DNA of 64,000 bases from Eledone cirrhosa (taxonomy: Eukaryota), in assembly GCA_964016885.1 (NCBI GenBank), contig OZ024747.1, positions 54,932,001-54,996,000 on the forward strand, read 5' to 3'. Shown here one piece after another: positions 42,347 to 57,143 of this stretch. The notes below the pieces were generated by a model that saw nothing but the letters and a program-made list of their open reading frames with translations, was not told the DNA's origin and ran no database searches. Position 1 is the first letter of the stretch, and every line of letters starts with the position of its first letter. Both the position numbers and the translations under genes were made by a program.

Positions 42347-43867
42347 ATGTGTGTGTGTGTGTTTGTGTGTGTGTTTGTGTGTGTGTGTGTGCATTTGCGT
42401 ATATGTGGGTAGGTTTGTGTGTGTATGTTTGTATATTTGTCACTTTCTGGAAGGGACACACTGTTACAACAGACAAGGATGGAACAAGGTGAATCATTGG
42501 CTTCACAAAGATATCGAGTTGTTATTTCTACCAGTGAGTAAGGAATCTAATGTATGTTTCTCAAAGTCAGGTTATACATATATATACATAATATAAAAGT
42601 AACGAAGATTACTGGTATTAAGTCAACGTTCTCCGTTCGGAGTCAGAGTGCACTCATTTAGTTAATAGCAGATACCATTGCCGTGTTTTGGTAGAGAGAA
42701 AGGTTCAAATCTCAATTCCTGGATGATATCGTTTCTGTGGAACATAACTTCACAAATGCAGATATGACATCCGCAGTGTTCAGAAAGTCACGTAATATCA
42801 GCAGATATTTATATAAGCAGGCTGTTACACTTCATCAGCAGATGACCTAAGTCATAAGATAGGTCTTTACAGCGGGTGCTAGCCATTACTACTAGACAAG
42901 GACAAGGTACCTATCAGTTCTTGCTATTCTCACACTCTGCCTATAATGAAAAAGAAGAAGAATCATCCTATAGTAGACTGAAACTCGTGGTTTGGTGGTT
43001 GAATTAAAACAAAAGAATTCGCACCAAAGAAAGAACTCAACTAGCTACCCCTATAGAAACATATATACATAATGATCTGTATGTATATATATACATATAT
43101 ACAAGCAAATAATAGCTGATTTGTGATAATAATTTGAACATTCAATACTCAAAATTTAATATTAGGAAACATAAACAATTAATATTGAAACGTCTAACCT
43201 TATACAAGAGATTTAAATCAGTGCAGGTGGGACTATAATACATATTATAAAAGTAACGAAGATCGCTGGTATTATGTCAACGTTCTGGGGCCAATGACTA
43301 GCTCATTGGATGAATCTGCCGAATTGCAGTAATGCAGCTGCAATCAGTTTTTCAGGTTGCCCACATTTAATTAATAGTAAATACGGTGGCTGTTCTTTGG
43401 TAGAGAGAAAGATTTTAAAAAAACAATACAAGCAAATAATAACTGATTTTGACGTAATATTGCTCTCGATAATGTCTATTGAGAATTCATATTTAATATG
43501 TTACACATGTATAAAACAGCTCGAGAATCCTTAACTTGTTGAGCTGATGTGACTACAATTTCCGCTGCTATTTCTAGCGGAATAAACGTCCACTTTTTGT
43601 TGATATCTCTTGCATAGGGTTTGGGCTTCGCCATCGTCGTCGCACCACGTATTTTCCAAGCGGTTTCAAATATGGTGTTGCGTGTCAAACTACTCTCTGG
43701 ATATCTGCACTTATAAATATAACTTCTCTCCAAATATCTCTTCTATATATACTATAGTTGTTCTGCTTCAATATTTTCATTAGAATGAAACCAATCTAAA
43801 CCAAACAGTAAGTGTGTTTTAATATTATTTCTGGCGATATTGTAACAATATGACACTCCCCAAATAT

Positions 43868-43930
<63 letters not shown>

Positions 43931-44224
43931 AAAACAAATAACGAAACGAAATTAAATTTCGTTTCGTTTGTAACTCACTTTTGTATGACTGACGCTTAAA
44001 CAATTAAGTTAAAAAATGTACATCCACATATGCATACTGAAATACTAGTGTGTATATGAATACACACACGTATACATATGTAGGTGTAACAAGTCCTTCA
44101 CTGGCTGCTTTACTGTGAGCAACCCAGCTATTCTGTATGTAAACACACAGACAAACCGGTTTTTAGAGTCATACTGGTTTTCGAGGAAACGCCTTTCCTC
44201 TATTCTCCAGAAAGCCAGACAAGG

Positions 44225-44269
44225 AACATTGAACTAGTTTCGTTGTTGTTACAACTCATCAGCAATATT
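44225..44269 (-). ncRNA. Minimal type I hammerhead ribozyme (array unit 1)
   Basis: Minus strand AATATTG-CTGATGA-GTTG(TAACAA)CAAC-GAAA-CTAG-TT^-CAATGTT. 7-bp stem I, 4-bp stem II, palindromic ACTAGT stem III. Confidence 0.9.
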
Positions 44270-44354
44270 TACCTATCTACCGGCCTTTCTGGAGAATCGT
44301 AAAAGCACATATCGTTATATGCTTTTTCTATGAAAATTAGTAGTGGGCAGACCA

Positions 44355-44362
44355 ATTTGCAT
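44355..44362. promoter_or_regulatory. Octamer motif ATTTGCAT in the repeat unit
   Basis: Perfect octamer in each complete unit and at the equivalent position of the diverged monomer (10208-10215). Function is inferred only. Confidence 0.35.
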
Positions 44363-44691
44363 AGAGTGTGAGTACGCACCGGTTCAGCGGAGACGATAAA
44401 AACAAATAACGAAACGAAATTAAATTTCGTTTCGTTTGTAACTCACTTTTGTATGACTGACGCTTAAACAATTAAGTTAAAAATGTACATCCACATATGC
44501 ATACTGAAATACTAGTGTGTATATGAATACACACACGTACACATATGTAGGTGTAACAAGTCTTTCACTGGTTGCTTTACTGTGAGCAACCCAGCTATTC
44601 TGTATGTAAACACACAGACAAACCGGTTTTTAGAGTCATAGTGGTTTTCGAGGAAACGCCTTTCCTCTATTCTCCAGAAAGCCAGACAAGG

Positions 44692-44736
44692 AACATTGAA
44701 CTAGTTTCGTTGTTGTTACAACTCATCAGCAATATT
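44692..44736 (-). ncRNA. Minimal type I hammerhead ribozyme (array unit 2)
   Basis: Identical to 44225-44269. Confidence 0.9.
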
Positions 44737-45158
44737 TACCTATCTACCGGCCTTTCTGGAGAATCGTAAAAGCACATATCGTTATATGCTTTTTCTATGA
44801 AAATTAGTAGTGGGCAGACCAATTTGCATAGAGTGTGAGTACGCACCGGTTCAGCGGAGACGATAAAAACAAATAACGAAACGAAATTAAATTTCGTTTC
44901 GTTTGTAACTCACTTTTGTATGACTGACGCTTAAACAATTAAGTTAAAAATGTACATCCACATATGCATACTGAAATACTAGTGTGTATATGAATACACA
45001 CACGTATACATATGTAGGTGTAACAAGTCCTTCACTGGTTGCTTTACTGTGAGCAACCCAGCTATTCTGTATGTAAACACACAGACAAACCGGTTTTTAG
45101 AGTCATACTGGTTTTCGAGGAAATGCCTTTCCTCTATTCTCCAGAAAGCCAGACAAGG

Positions 45159-45203
45159 AACATTGAACTAGTTTCGTTGTTGTTACAACTCATCAGCAAT
45201 ATT
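45159..45203 (-). ncRNA. Minimal type I hammerhead ribozyme (array unit 3)
   Basis: Identical to 44225-44269. Confidence 0.9.
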
Positions 45204-45855
45204 TACCTATCTACCGGCCTTTCTGGAGAATCGTAAAAGCACATATCGTTATATGCTTTTTCTATGAAAATTAGTAGTGGGCAGACCAATTTGCATAGAG
45301 TGTGAGTACGCACCGGTTCAGCGAGACGATAAAAACAAATAACGAAACGAAATTAAATTTCGTTTCGTTTGTAACTCACTTTTGTATGACTGACGCTTAA
45401 ACAATTAAGTTAAAAATGTACATCCACATATGCATACTGAAATACTAGTGTGTATATGAATACACACACGTACACATATGTAGGTGTAACAAGTCTTTCA
45501 CTGGTTGCTTTACTGTGAGCAACCCAGCTATTCTGTATGTAAACACACAGACAAACCGGTTTTTAGAGTCATACTGGTTTTCGAGGAAACGCCTTTCCTC
45601 TATTCTCCAGAAAGCCAGACATGTATACATATATATATATATATATGTATACATATATATATATATATATGTATACATATATATATATATATATGTATAC
45701 ATATATACATCCCAACACAACCTGATCTCAGTTTGACAATCGCAATCCAACGAATGTGAGCGAGTTCTCCAGGAAAGTTAACAAGGAATCTCTAAAATGT
45801 TCCCACCGAAGTTGTCAAAGTAGTTACTATATCTAACAACTCATAATATATTATA

Positions 45856-47623
<1,768 letters not shown>

Positions 47624-47660
47624 CTAGCAGAAAACCACCTGAAGACGGCTCTTCTGCTAG

Positions 47661-48130
47661 TCTATATATCTAAAACAGAGAATGTCTGTCTGTCTGTCAG
47701 CTCACTAAAACTTGAAAACCATCCAACCGATTGTTTTCAAACTTTAGACATGTAATACTTATGGTCCTGTGAGTGTTTTGAGCAAAGATTATTTCAAATT
47801 TTCAATGCCCTAGGGACCGCATTAGGCGATTTAGCGTTCTCTCTATATAATTCTTAGTCTTTCTTTTTAGATAGATACATAGATATAACGTTGCGCCCTT
47901 ATAATATCTGTCTGTATGTCTGGCTGTCTGCATTACGTCATTATGACGGGCTCAGTGTGTGTGTGTGTATATATATATGTATCGTAATGCAGACAGCAAG
48001 ACATAGCTTTCCTTCCCCTCTTCCAGCGTCTCTCTCTCTCCCTCCCGCTATCCCCCTCTTGTAGTCTGTCTCTTTCTTTCACTCTCACTCTCTCTCTACG
48101 CGTCGGGCAGACAGACAGAGAAATTGCTGG
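47661..48130 (+). mobile_element. Non-autonomous Helitron fragment
   Basis: Starts TCTATATATCTAAAACAGAGAATGTC. 47851-47960 is an inverted copy of 46741-46851, and 48031-48098 is a direct copy of 47252-47318. Possible CTGG end. Confidence 0.55.
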
Positions 48131-48137
48131 TTATCTA

Positions 48138-48984
48138 TCTATATATATAAAACTGTGGTTGTCTGTCTGTCTATCGATTTTTGGCACACATCTCCTCTTA
48201 GAATTTCTCACGTAATTGCACTGAAATTGCTATACTTGTACATTGAGCCCTAGCGAAGACATCGGAAAAAAAATATTTCAAATTGACCCACCCTATGTGA
48301 CGAAATCGAATATAATGTATCGATTTTTGAGCGTTTGAGTTATTTTTCTTTGTTCTGTTTACATTGAGCGTCTTACGTAAAAAATTACGCTGGCTTTCTC
48401 AGCATTTCGAACAGTTGTCGAGCCAGCAAAATATTGACCTGCAAAATTCATCAGTTCGAACACTAAGGTTCCGTTTTGCTTCATTTCCATTTAAAAGCAT
48501 TTTAAAACAATATTTGTACTTGAAAACAAGTCTATTTAAAGACTACGTAAAACAAGCAAATATTTCGTCGTTAGGCGTGCAGACAGACAGTCGTGCAGAC
48601 AGACAGTCGTGCAGAGAGGTGATATAGGCGTGCAGACAGACAGTCGTGCAGAGAGGTGATATAGGCGTGCAGACAGACATAACTGATAATTTGGTTACGC
48701 TAATGTTTTTCTCTGCGTTGCAGTGTTTACATTTTCGATCTTTGTTAATAAATAACCAGTGCAGTTTCTATCCCCAGCATCCTCTTTTGTTATAACATTC
48801 GGGTTATCGTTATGTTTTCTTAACTTCATAAGGCATATTGTTGGTTGAGGGAATATTAATCAAAAACACCACATGCAAGTCTGCACAGTAGACACTACAG
48901 TTTTTAAGCCAAGAAAGAAACTTAACATTGTAACTTTAACACAGCTACTGAGCGACCCCGAGCAACGCCGGGCTTTACTGCTAG
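48138..48984 (+). mobile_element. Non-autonomous Helitron, both termini present
   Basis: A|TCTATATATATAAAACTG 5' end, subterminal hairpin CCCGAGCAACGCCGGG (48957-48972), CTAG|T 3' end. Internal short tandem repeat at 48572-48680. Confidence 0.8.
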
Positions 48985-49161
48985 TATATTATAAGGAGAT
49001 TATAAAATTAAATCAAATTATTTAGAACTACAAGTGAAGTCATTCTTTTCCTTTTATACATATATATATAGAGAGAGAGAAACGCGATTAAAAACGCCAT
49101 AATAGAGCTTGACATATACAGGATGAAACAGCATAAGGGAAAAAATAATATTAGGACACAC

Positions 49162-49194
<33 letters not shown>

Positions 49195-49200
49195 CACATA

Positions 49201-49273
<73 letters not shown>

Positions 49274-49276
<3 letters not shown>

Positions 49277-49548
49277 AAAGTTCTATTTTAAATTGTTGGG
49301 ATACAACAAGTAAATATTTTTATAACTGATATAAAGCACTCGACAAGTATTTGGAGTAGATATACGATATTAATAAATGGAAACTATATTTATAAAACCA
49401 TATTTATTTCATTATACATATTTCAGGGATACCAAATTAAATTATGGTATGCCTTCATCAGACAAAATACAATATATAACAGTTTTACAAATAAGCTTTG
49501 ACGTACCCTTTTAAAATGCAACCATTATTTTTGGAAGCCATCTGGATA
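49274..49548 (-). mobile_element. Family E terminal fragment with intact hammerhead (49405-49469)
   Basis: Reverse complement of the 46225-46400 arm plus tail. HHR core and 8-bp stem I are intact. Confidence 0.8.
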
Positions 49549-51270
49549 GTGAATTGTTTATATTATTTTAATAAGTCTTAGTGTTAAGGACAATTAGAAA
49601 AAAGACGGAGAGAAAGAAAAAAAGAAAAAAGATGGAGAGAGAGAAAAAAGAAAAAGAAAAAAACGTGGAGAAATATCGGAGAGAGAGAAATGCATGGAGA
49701 AAAAAGAGAGAGATAAATAGAGACAGGAGGAAAGAAAGAAAAAAGAAAAAAAAGAAAAAAGAAAAAAGGAAGAAATAAGAAAAAACAGAGGAAAGCAACA
49801 GAGAGATATCAAGTCATCAGACAGATAGAAAAACTCAAGAGAGAGAAATAATATATAGAGAGAGGGGGAGATAATGAAAACTTTACGTCATGTCATATTA
49901 AGTTGAGTTAACAATTTATATGAAATGAATAATAAAAATATAAATATTAATATTCATGAATGGGACATAAATATATAATACGAGAAATTAAACATTGTTT
50001 AATAATGATTATATGTTTAGTTTAAAACTTGAGATCAATATACTAAAATTTGAGAAACCACTATCTTACTGCAAAGATAGACAAATATATATATATATAT
50101 ATATACACACGTCCTAAAAATAGAAATTATATCTACTCAGGTCTAGAATATAGATATACAAAACGCAAATGATTTCTCCTAATCACTGCTATAGATTCCA
50201 TGTGTTATAAAAAGTTCACAGTATATATACATAAATATATACGATTAATATTCATGCCTTCATATATACGATTACCATTCATGCATTTAACATTCTGTTA
50301 AAATTATGCATATCTGCAATCAAAACTGCATGGGTAGGTATGCACACACATAACTCTCACCCACACACATACATATACATATATATACACATACATATAT
50401 ATAAATAAATATTTGAGTGCGTCTTCACCAATTGTTAGACCCGCATCGCTCATGTACACATACAGACAGATATACAATCATAAAAAAACATATAACACTT
50501 TTATATGCATGTTAATACACACATACATATTTGTATAGAGATAATCAAATATCAATATATAACTAAAGGATTAGACTTTGGAAATATAATTATAACAATA
50601 TAAATTTAAAATACCAATATAAACATACATACTTAACACGGGACACTTATTTACATATGATAATAATTGTAACCAGTGCTCACTTTTGAACATAGATTTC
50701 TATGTAAAAGATTATATGTATGTATGTTTGATTGTATGTACGTATGAGTGTATGTATATAGAATTGTATGTGCGTATGACTGTATGTATATATGATTGTA
50801 TGTGTGTATGAGTGTATGTATATATATATGCATGCAAGTATGTACGTACGTACAAATATATATATATATATATATGTGTATGTGTGTGTGTGCGTACGTA
50901 AGTATACATGTATGTAAGTATATATGTATACACATATGTCTGTATTTATGCATGTATGTAAGTATTTAGTATGAAGCAGCAATTTATACAGACACTTTAC
51001 ATTTTACTTTACAGTAAGTGGTGGAGACTCAGATTTAGTTCACTTCTTTTAATGAATTGATCAAGACATTTGGTTAGCAGAAACTCTCTTAACGAACGAA
51101 CCATTCCATATAATTGGTCTCTATGATTGTCCCTGTACATTTAGCAACTCTTAACACCAAACCAATTTTTTTTCCCTTTTATGAGTATAGTCTATCCATC
51201 TATACGGATAAGCGTGCATACATACAATCATGTAAACACACACTCTTGCGCATGTATACATACATACACA

Positions 51271-51366
<96 letters not shown>

Positions 51367-51468
51367 TAAAGAGATAAATAGATACGTGCGAAACTAATAT
51401 TAACATTTTTACTGCCTCTTCGCTTCCAAGTTGTATTTTTGTTTTCTGTTTAATGTCTCAACTTTAAA

Positions 51469-51499
<31 letters not shown>

Positions 51500-51519
51500 C
51501 ATAATATGTACATACATAC

Positions 51520-51603
<84 letters not shown>

Positions 51604-51637
51604 TTACATATGGTTCTGTATTTCTAGTTATATACAT

Positions 51638-51678
<41 letters not shown>

Positions 51679-51694
51679 ATATGTACATACATAC

Positions 51695-51741
<47 letters not shown>

Positions 51742-51774
51742 CATATGGTTGTGTATTTCTAGGTATATACATCC

Positions 51775-51855
<81 letters not shown>

Positions 51856-52160
51856 CACACACACACACATATATACATATATATATATATATCTACATTT
51901 ACATATGCTTCTGTATTTCTAGGTATATACATCTCTCTATCTATCAGTCTATCTATTTGTATATCACACTTTAGCTTTCTGTTGTTGATTCGAAGAACTC
52001 CATACACTTAAATCAATCGTTACTATGGTTTCGCCACTATCCGAAATCATTTTGAGCTAATATCTCCCATCAGTTAGGGTGTTCTTTGAAGGTCTACTTA
52101 ACTCATAACTTGCAACATATCCTCACTTCGATGGTAGCCGAAACTGTGCTACTAATACTA

Positions 52161-52273
<113 letters not shown>

Positions 52274-53504
52274 CTCAGAACTTACGACACATAGAGAGCT
52301 GCCACAATCTCTCGGCAGCCACATTGCCAGCGTGCAAATTCGCACATAATTTGATGCAGCATTTGTAATACCAATTTAGGCATGAGATGTGGGGGGAACT
52401 GATCTGAGAGTAAGATTCATCTCATGGTACATATATTTATATATGTTTGTATGTATATACATATATTTGTATCTATATATATGTGTATGTGTTTGTGTGT
52501 GTGTTTGTGTATACACTCAAACACCCACAACACACACATATACACATATTTATATATGTTTCTGTGCGTTTTGACCAATAAACTAATTTATAATGAATAC
52601 ACAACATTATAAAGTTGAAAATAAGTAATTTAAATAAATTGTATTTTAAGGTTTATTAACATTCTTTGCACTCTTGCAATGGAGAGGATTTCTTCTCAAA
52701 CTGAAAACTTTCATATAATATTTGCAACGCAGTGGACTACTTTAAAATCACCTATGGCCTATGTGGTATCTTTAACCCTTGCGACTAAAGTTCTGCCCAT
52801 GACCAACTTTGCGAATTTGGTGAAAGAAAATTGAATAAAATTAACCAAAAATAGAAATAACACACTATATTTCCCTGGCTCCGTTTCAGATGACAACCAA
52901 ACAAAATGCAGAGTTTGTTCGACAAGAGAATGAAATATACCTAACATACTATGATATCCTTGATATATAATATTTAATAATTCATTAAATATCGATAGTT
53001 ATGCTACTACGGTGTCTGATAACATTCGATAACAAAGACCACGAAACATAGTTTATTCAATATTGAAGTTTATCTCATGAAGCAATATTTATAGCTTGGA
53101 TTCATATTCACTGATGTTATCAAAGTTTACGATAGGAAAATGGGCTGAATTTACATGTTTATAATTGATTCCAATCAGATTTTTATTGTTGCAAAATTTC
53201 GGGGCGAAATTTGAACAAAGATTGTTCTAGATTGGGAAGTGAATATCATAATGAGTGAGCAGGTAATGGAGTAGATTGAATTAGATTGAAGGGAATGGCG
53301 GGTAGATGAAGGAGATTTAGACTAATTGTGTTTAATAAGGTGGTGATTGGATTTTCACTACTACTGTTATATAATACATATATAAATATATGTATATGTG
53401 TGTGTATATATATATATATATGTATATGTGTGTATATATATATATATATGTGTGTGTGTATATATATATGCATGTATGTATATGTGCATATAGGCATATT
53501 TACG

Positions 53505-53545
<41 letters not shown>

Positions 53546-53586
53546 TATATGTATATATACATATATGCATATTTACATTATATATG

Positions 53587-53705
<119 letters not shown>

Positions 53706-54096
53706 GGTGTATTCAATTTCATTTTCATGTGTACAATGAATAAAATTTATGAAAGAATTAGATAATCACGCATTGATTTCAATTAAATGAACACAGACAC
53801 ACGCACATATAAACCCACAAACACACAACACACACACTACACACGCAACACAGACACGCACACATACACACGCACATATATATATATATATATATATATA
53901 CACATTATATAAATTTCGTGTTATATGAACATTGTCAATATTTCATCTTCATAATCAGGAGTCTGTGTGTGTCTATGTGGAGGTTATGGATATAAACAAT
54001 TGCATCCTAAAGAGTCATATTACCCATTGATGATATAAATACAAGTTTATAGTCATATCTCCTCTATTATTTTCCCATATCTGATTATTTTTACTG

Positions 54097-54147
<51 letters not shown>

Positions 54148-54180
54148 ATACTAATACTACTACTACCACTGCTGCTGCTG

Positions 54181-54216
<36 letters not shown>

Positions 54217-54363
54217 TTACTACTACCATTATCCTAATCGTTACTAGTTTTGTGACACACTGCAGCATGTTTCGGTCTACTGAACTCATCGGGTGAATTA
54301 TACGTGCCATATATATATGTATACTTAAACCTATACACACATACATGTACATATACATGTATA

Positions 54364-54394
<31 letters not shown>

Positions 54395-54396
<2 letters not shown>

Positions 54397-54580
54397 GGAA
54401 CGAGTAGGACCCTGAGGTCTGAGCTCAAGCCGTTTCGACGGCTAATTCTGAATTAGCCGTCGAAACGGTTTGAGCTCAGCCGTCGGGGTCCTACTCGTTC
54501 CTATTACCCACTCTACTACCCTAAGTATTGAGTACTTTGGTGCGTTATGGTCCACCTGGTTCCTTACCACATTTCCCCCG

Positions 54581-54583
<3 letters not shown>
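54395..54583. mobile_element. Asymmetric fold-back element (family A), copy 3
   Basis: Short arm 54395-54448 is inverted against the long arm 54450-54583. Embedded in (TA)n. Confidence 0.8.
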
Positions 54584-54649
<66 letters not shown>

Positions 54650-54879
54650 TATAACTGTGTGTGTGTGTGTATGAAAAAATAACTAACTACCCCTTCACCT
54701 CTATGATTCTGTCATATTTAAAACGAAGGATTCTATAATACGCTATTGGATTCATCGGCATTGGTATCGGCACGAGTACGAAATATATAACATGAGATTT
54801 CATATAAGGATACACCGATGTGTTTGAGTTAGTGTGTGTGTGTTGAACATCAGTTGGTCCCGACGACGAGTGTTTCAGA

Positions 54880-55250
54880 TGTTTAAACAGAGGAACGGCT
54901 TGTCCATGGTTATAATGCGTAAGTGGCTGAGTATTTAACAGTCATGTGTCACCCTTAACGTAATTCACAGAAAAGCTCGATGTACCACAGTGGGAGATGA
55001 GATTGATTTTTTTTTTATTACAGGTACAAATCATATTGTCATTTTTACAGATACAAATCATATTGTCATACTTTGATTACAGGTACAAATCTTATTGTCA
55101 TTTGGGTGGACTGGAACAACGTGAAAAAAATTAGGAACTTGGTCCTGGACCCAATGCACAGCTGGCTCTCATAATCATGAACCTTATCAGTCCTGATATC
55201 AAACCAGCGATGCTACAATCTTGCGTCCAGCAAACTAGCACCACGTCCAC
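54880..55250 (-). mobile_element. Degenerate CORE-type SINE with internal ~27-bp triplication
   Basis: GTAAGTGGCTGAGTA...ACCCTTAACGTA, GTGGACTGGAACAACGTGAAA, and TTACAGGTACAAATCATATTGTCA x3. Confidence 0.55.
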
Positions 55251-55964
55251 TCACCTATACCATTTCTGATGTCCTGGTCTACAGAAAGCTCCACCTCGCT
55301 ACCCAAGATTGAATCATATTTCTCACAACTGAAATAGTATCTTAGAACATAATGAAACATCTCAAAAATACGATTGCTTCTAAACTATATTTTCATGAAA
55401 TAGTGAAGTGACAAAAAAGGCTTGTGAAACTTGAAAGTCTAATATACCGCTGATAAGTTTAAGACGGCATTTATAGTTGCTTACAACAGGTTATGTAAAC
55501 ATCAGTCATGTACTGGGTAGTTCCAATAATATGTAGATAAATTATACAGGTCATGCAGAAATTACAAATAATTCACTACTAAAGATAACGCGTTGGTTCA
55601 TAAAAAATTAATCCTAACATCGCTGTTAGTAAAAGGATATTACAAAGAAACCCTTGCTGTCTCAATATTTTATTGACTTATACTACATCACTTAACTAAC
55701 ACCTTAAATCATACTGGAGACAGATTGATATCTTAAAGGATGTCAATTGATCGTCAATTGTATAAGTATGACCAGAATATATTTATTGGCCAGAAATGCC
55801 AATAAGTCGAGGACAGTGTAAAACTGAAATCCATAAATAATGTACAAACAAAACGATGAAGTTTTTACTTTGAGCAAAAGCGGAAGGAAGTTGGCATTAG
55901 TAAATAGGAAATAATATATAGAGACGTCAGAGAATAGAGTAAGATAGAAGAATGATATCCGCAC

Positions 55965-56125
55965 ATTTAAGGGTAAGAGGATAATCGATTAAATCGTCTC
56001 TAGTACTTGACTGCTATTTTGTTTTATCGATCTAATATGCATAAAATGCAGTCGAAATCGGCAGGAATTGAACACCGAAACCTAAATGATCTAAATAAAT
56101 ACTAAAAGTCATTTTATTTCCATTA
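55965..56125 (-). mobile_element. Degenerate Nin-domain SINE
   Basis: TCGATTAAATCGTCTCTAGTACTTGACTGCTATTTTGTTTTATCGA...GTCGAAATCGGCAGGAATTGAAC. Confidence 0.5.
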
Positions 56126-57076
56126 TCAATTCAGTGAATTACACACACGCACGCACAACACACACATACACATGCACTCAAACACACATAAACACACACA
56201 CACACACACACACACACAAAGAAACACTTATGCATGCACTCTAACACACACACACGCACACATATATGTATATATATATATTCATATAACTATATTTATA
56301 TATATGTATATATATATTCATATAACTATATTTATATATATATGTATGTATATATTTATATCTATATTTATATTGATATATATATAAAATGGATATTTAG
56401 AGAGAGAGAGAATTGGCAGTAATAGATGTCCTTAAACTAACGTCAACTCATTCATAATCCGCGAAAATGATTATCGAAAATCCCCGCGAAAATGTAAAAA
56501 AAGCAATGATAAAATTACGGATAATAACAATTTGACTAGCAACAGCAATCACAACAGCATCAACAAATACAACTATAACCGCAGCAGCAACAACACCAAC
56601 AATAATAATGATAAAAGCAATGCAAAACTCATAACATCATCTAAAGAATTTTTGTCTCATTGAATCAACATCAGATCCTCATTGAACAAAAAATCTATTA
56701 ACGATCAACACCACTTGAATAATATACGTCTCTCATGACACATACAAACACACACACGCACACACACACACACATACACACACGCACACACACACGCACA
56801 CACACACATACACACACACACAAACATAATTAGACATACATACAAAACACACTCATAAACTCACACACATAGACACATATACACACACTCACACACACAA
56901 TTACACACACACAATACGCGCACACACATACATATTATACAAAAACAAACAAACACACTAAATATGAAATGAAATACAATAATATCAGATAAAAATATCC
57001 AGTAATATCGAAAACTTTAAACTACAGGAAAACCAATGGAAATACAGTACATTCTAGAAATTATATTTGTACGTAG

Positions 57077-57143
<67 letters not shown>

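Larger units (their letters stand above)
43928..45621 (-). mobile_element. Tandem array (3.6 x ~467 bp) of hammerhead-containing non-coding units (retrozyme-like)
   Basis: Units start at 43928, 44396, 44863 and 45329 and are nearly identical. One HHR per complete unit. Both flanks are (TA)-type microsatellite. Confidence 0.85.

Noticed and set aside
44572-45759. Repeated 65-aa ORF MLYCEQPSYSVCK...
   Set aside because: TTG start, no recognisable domain, start absent in unit 1, antisense to the ribozyme, and not evidently conserved in the diverged monomer.
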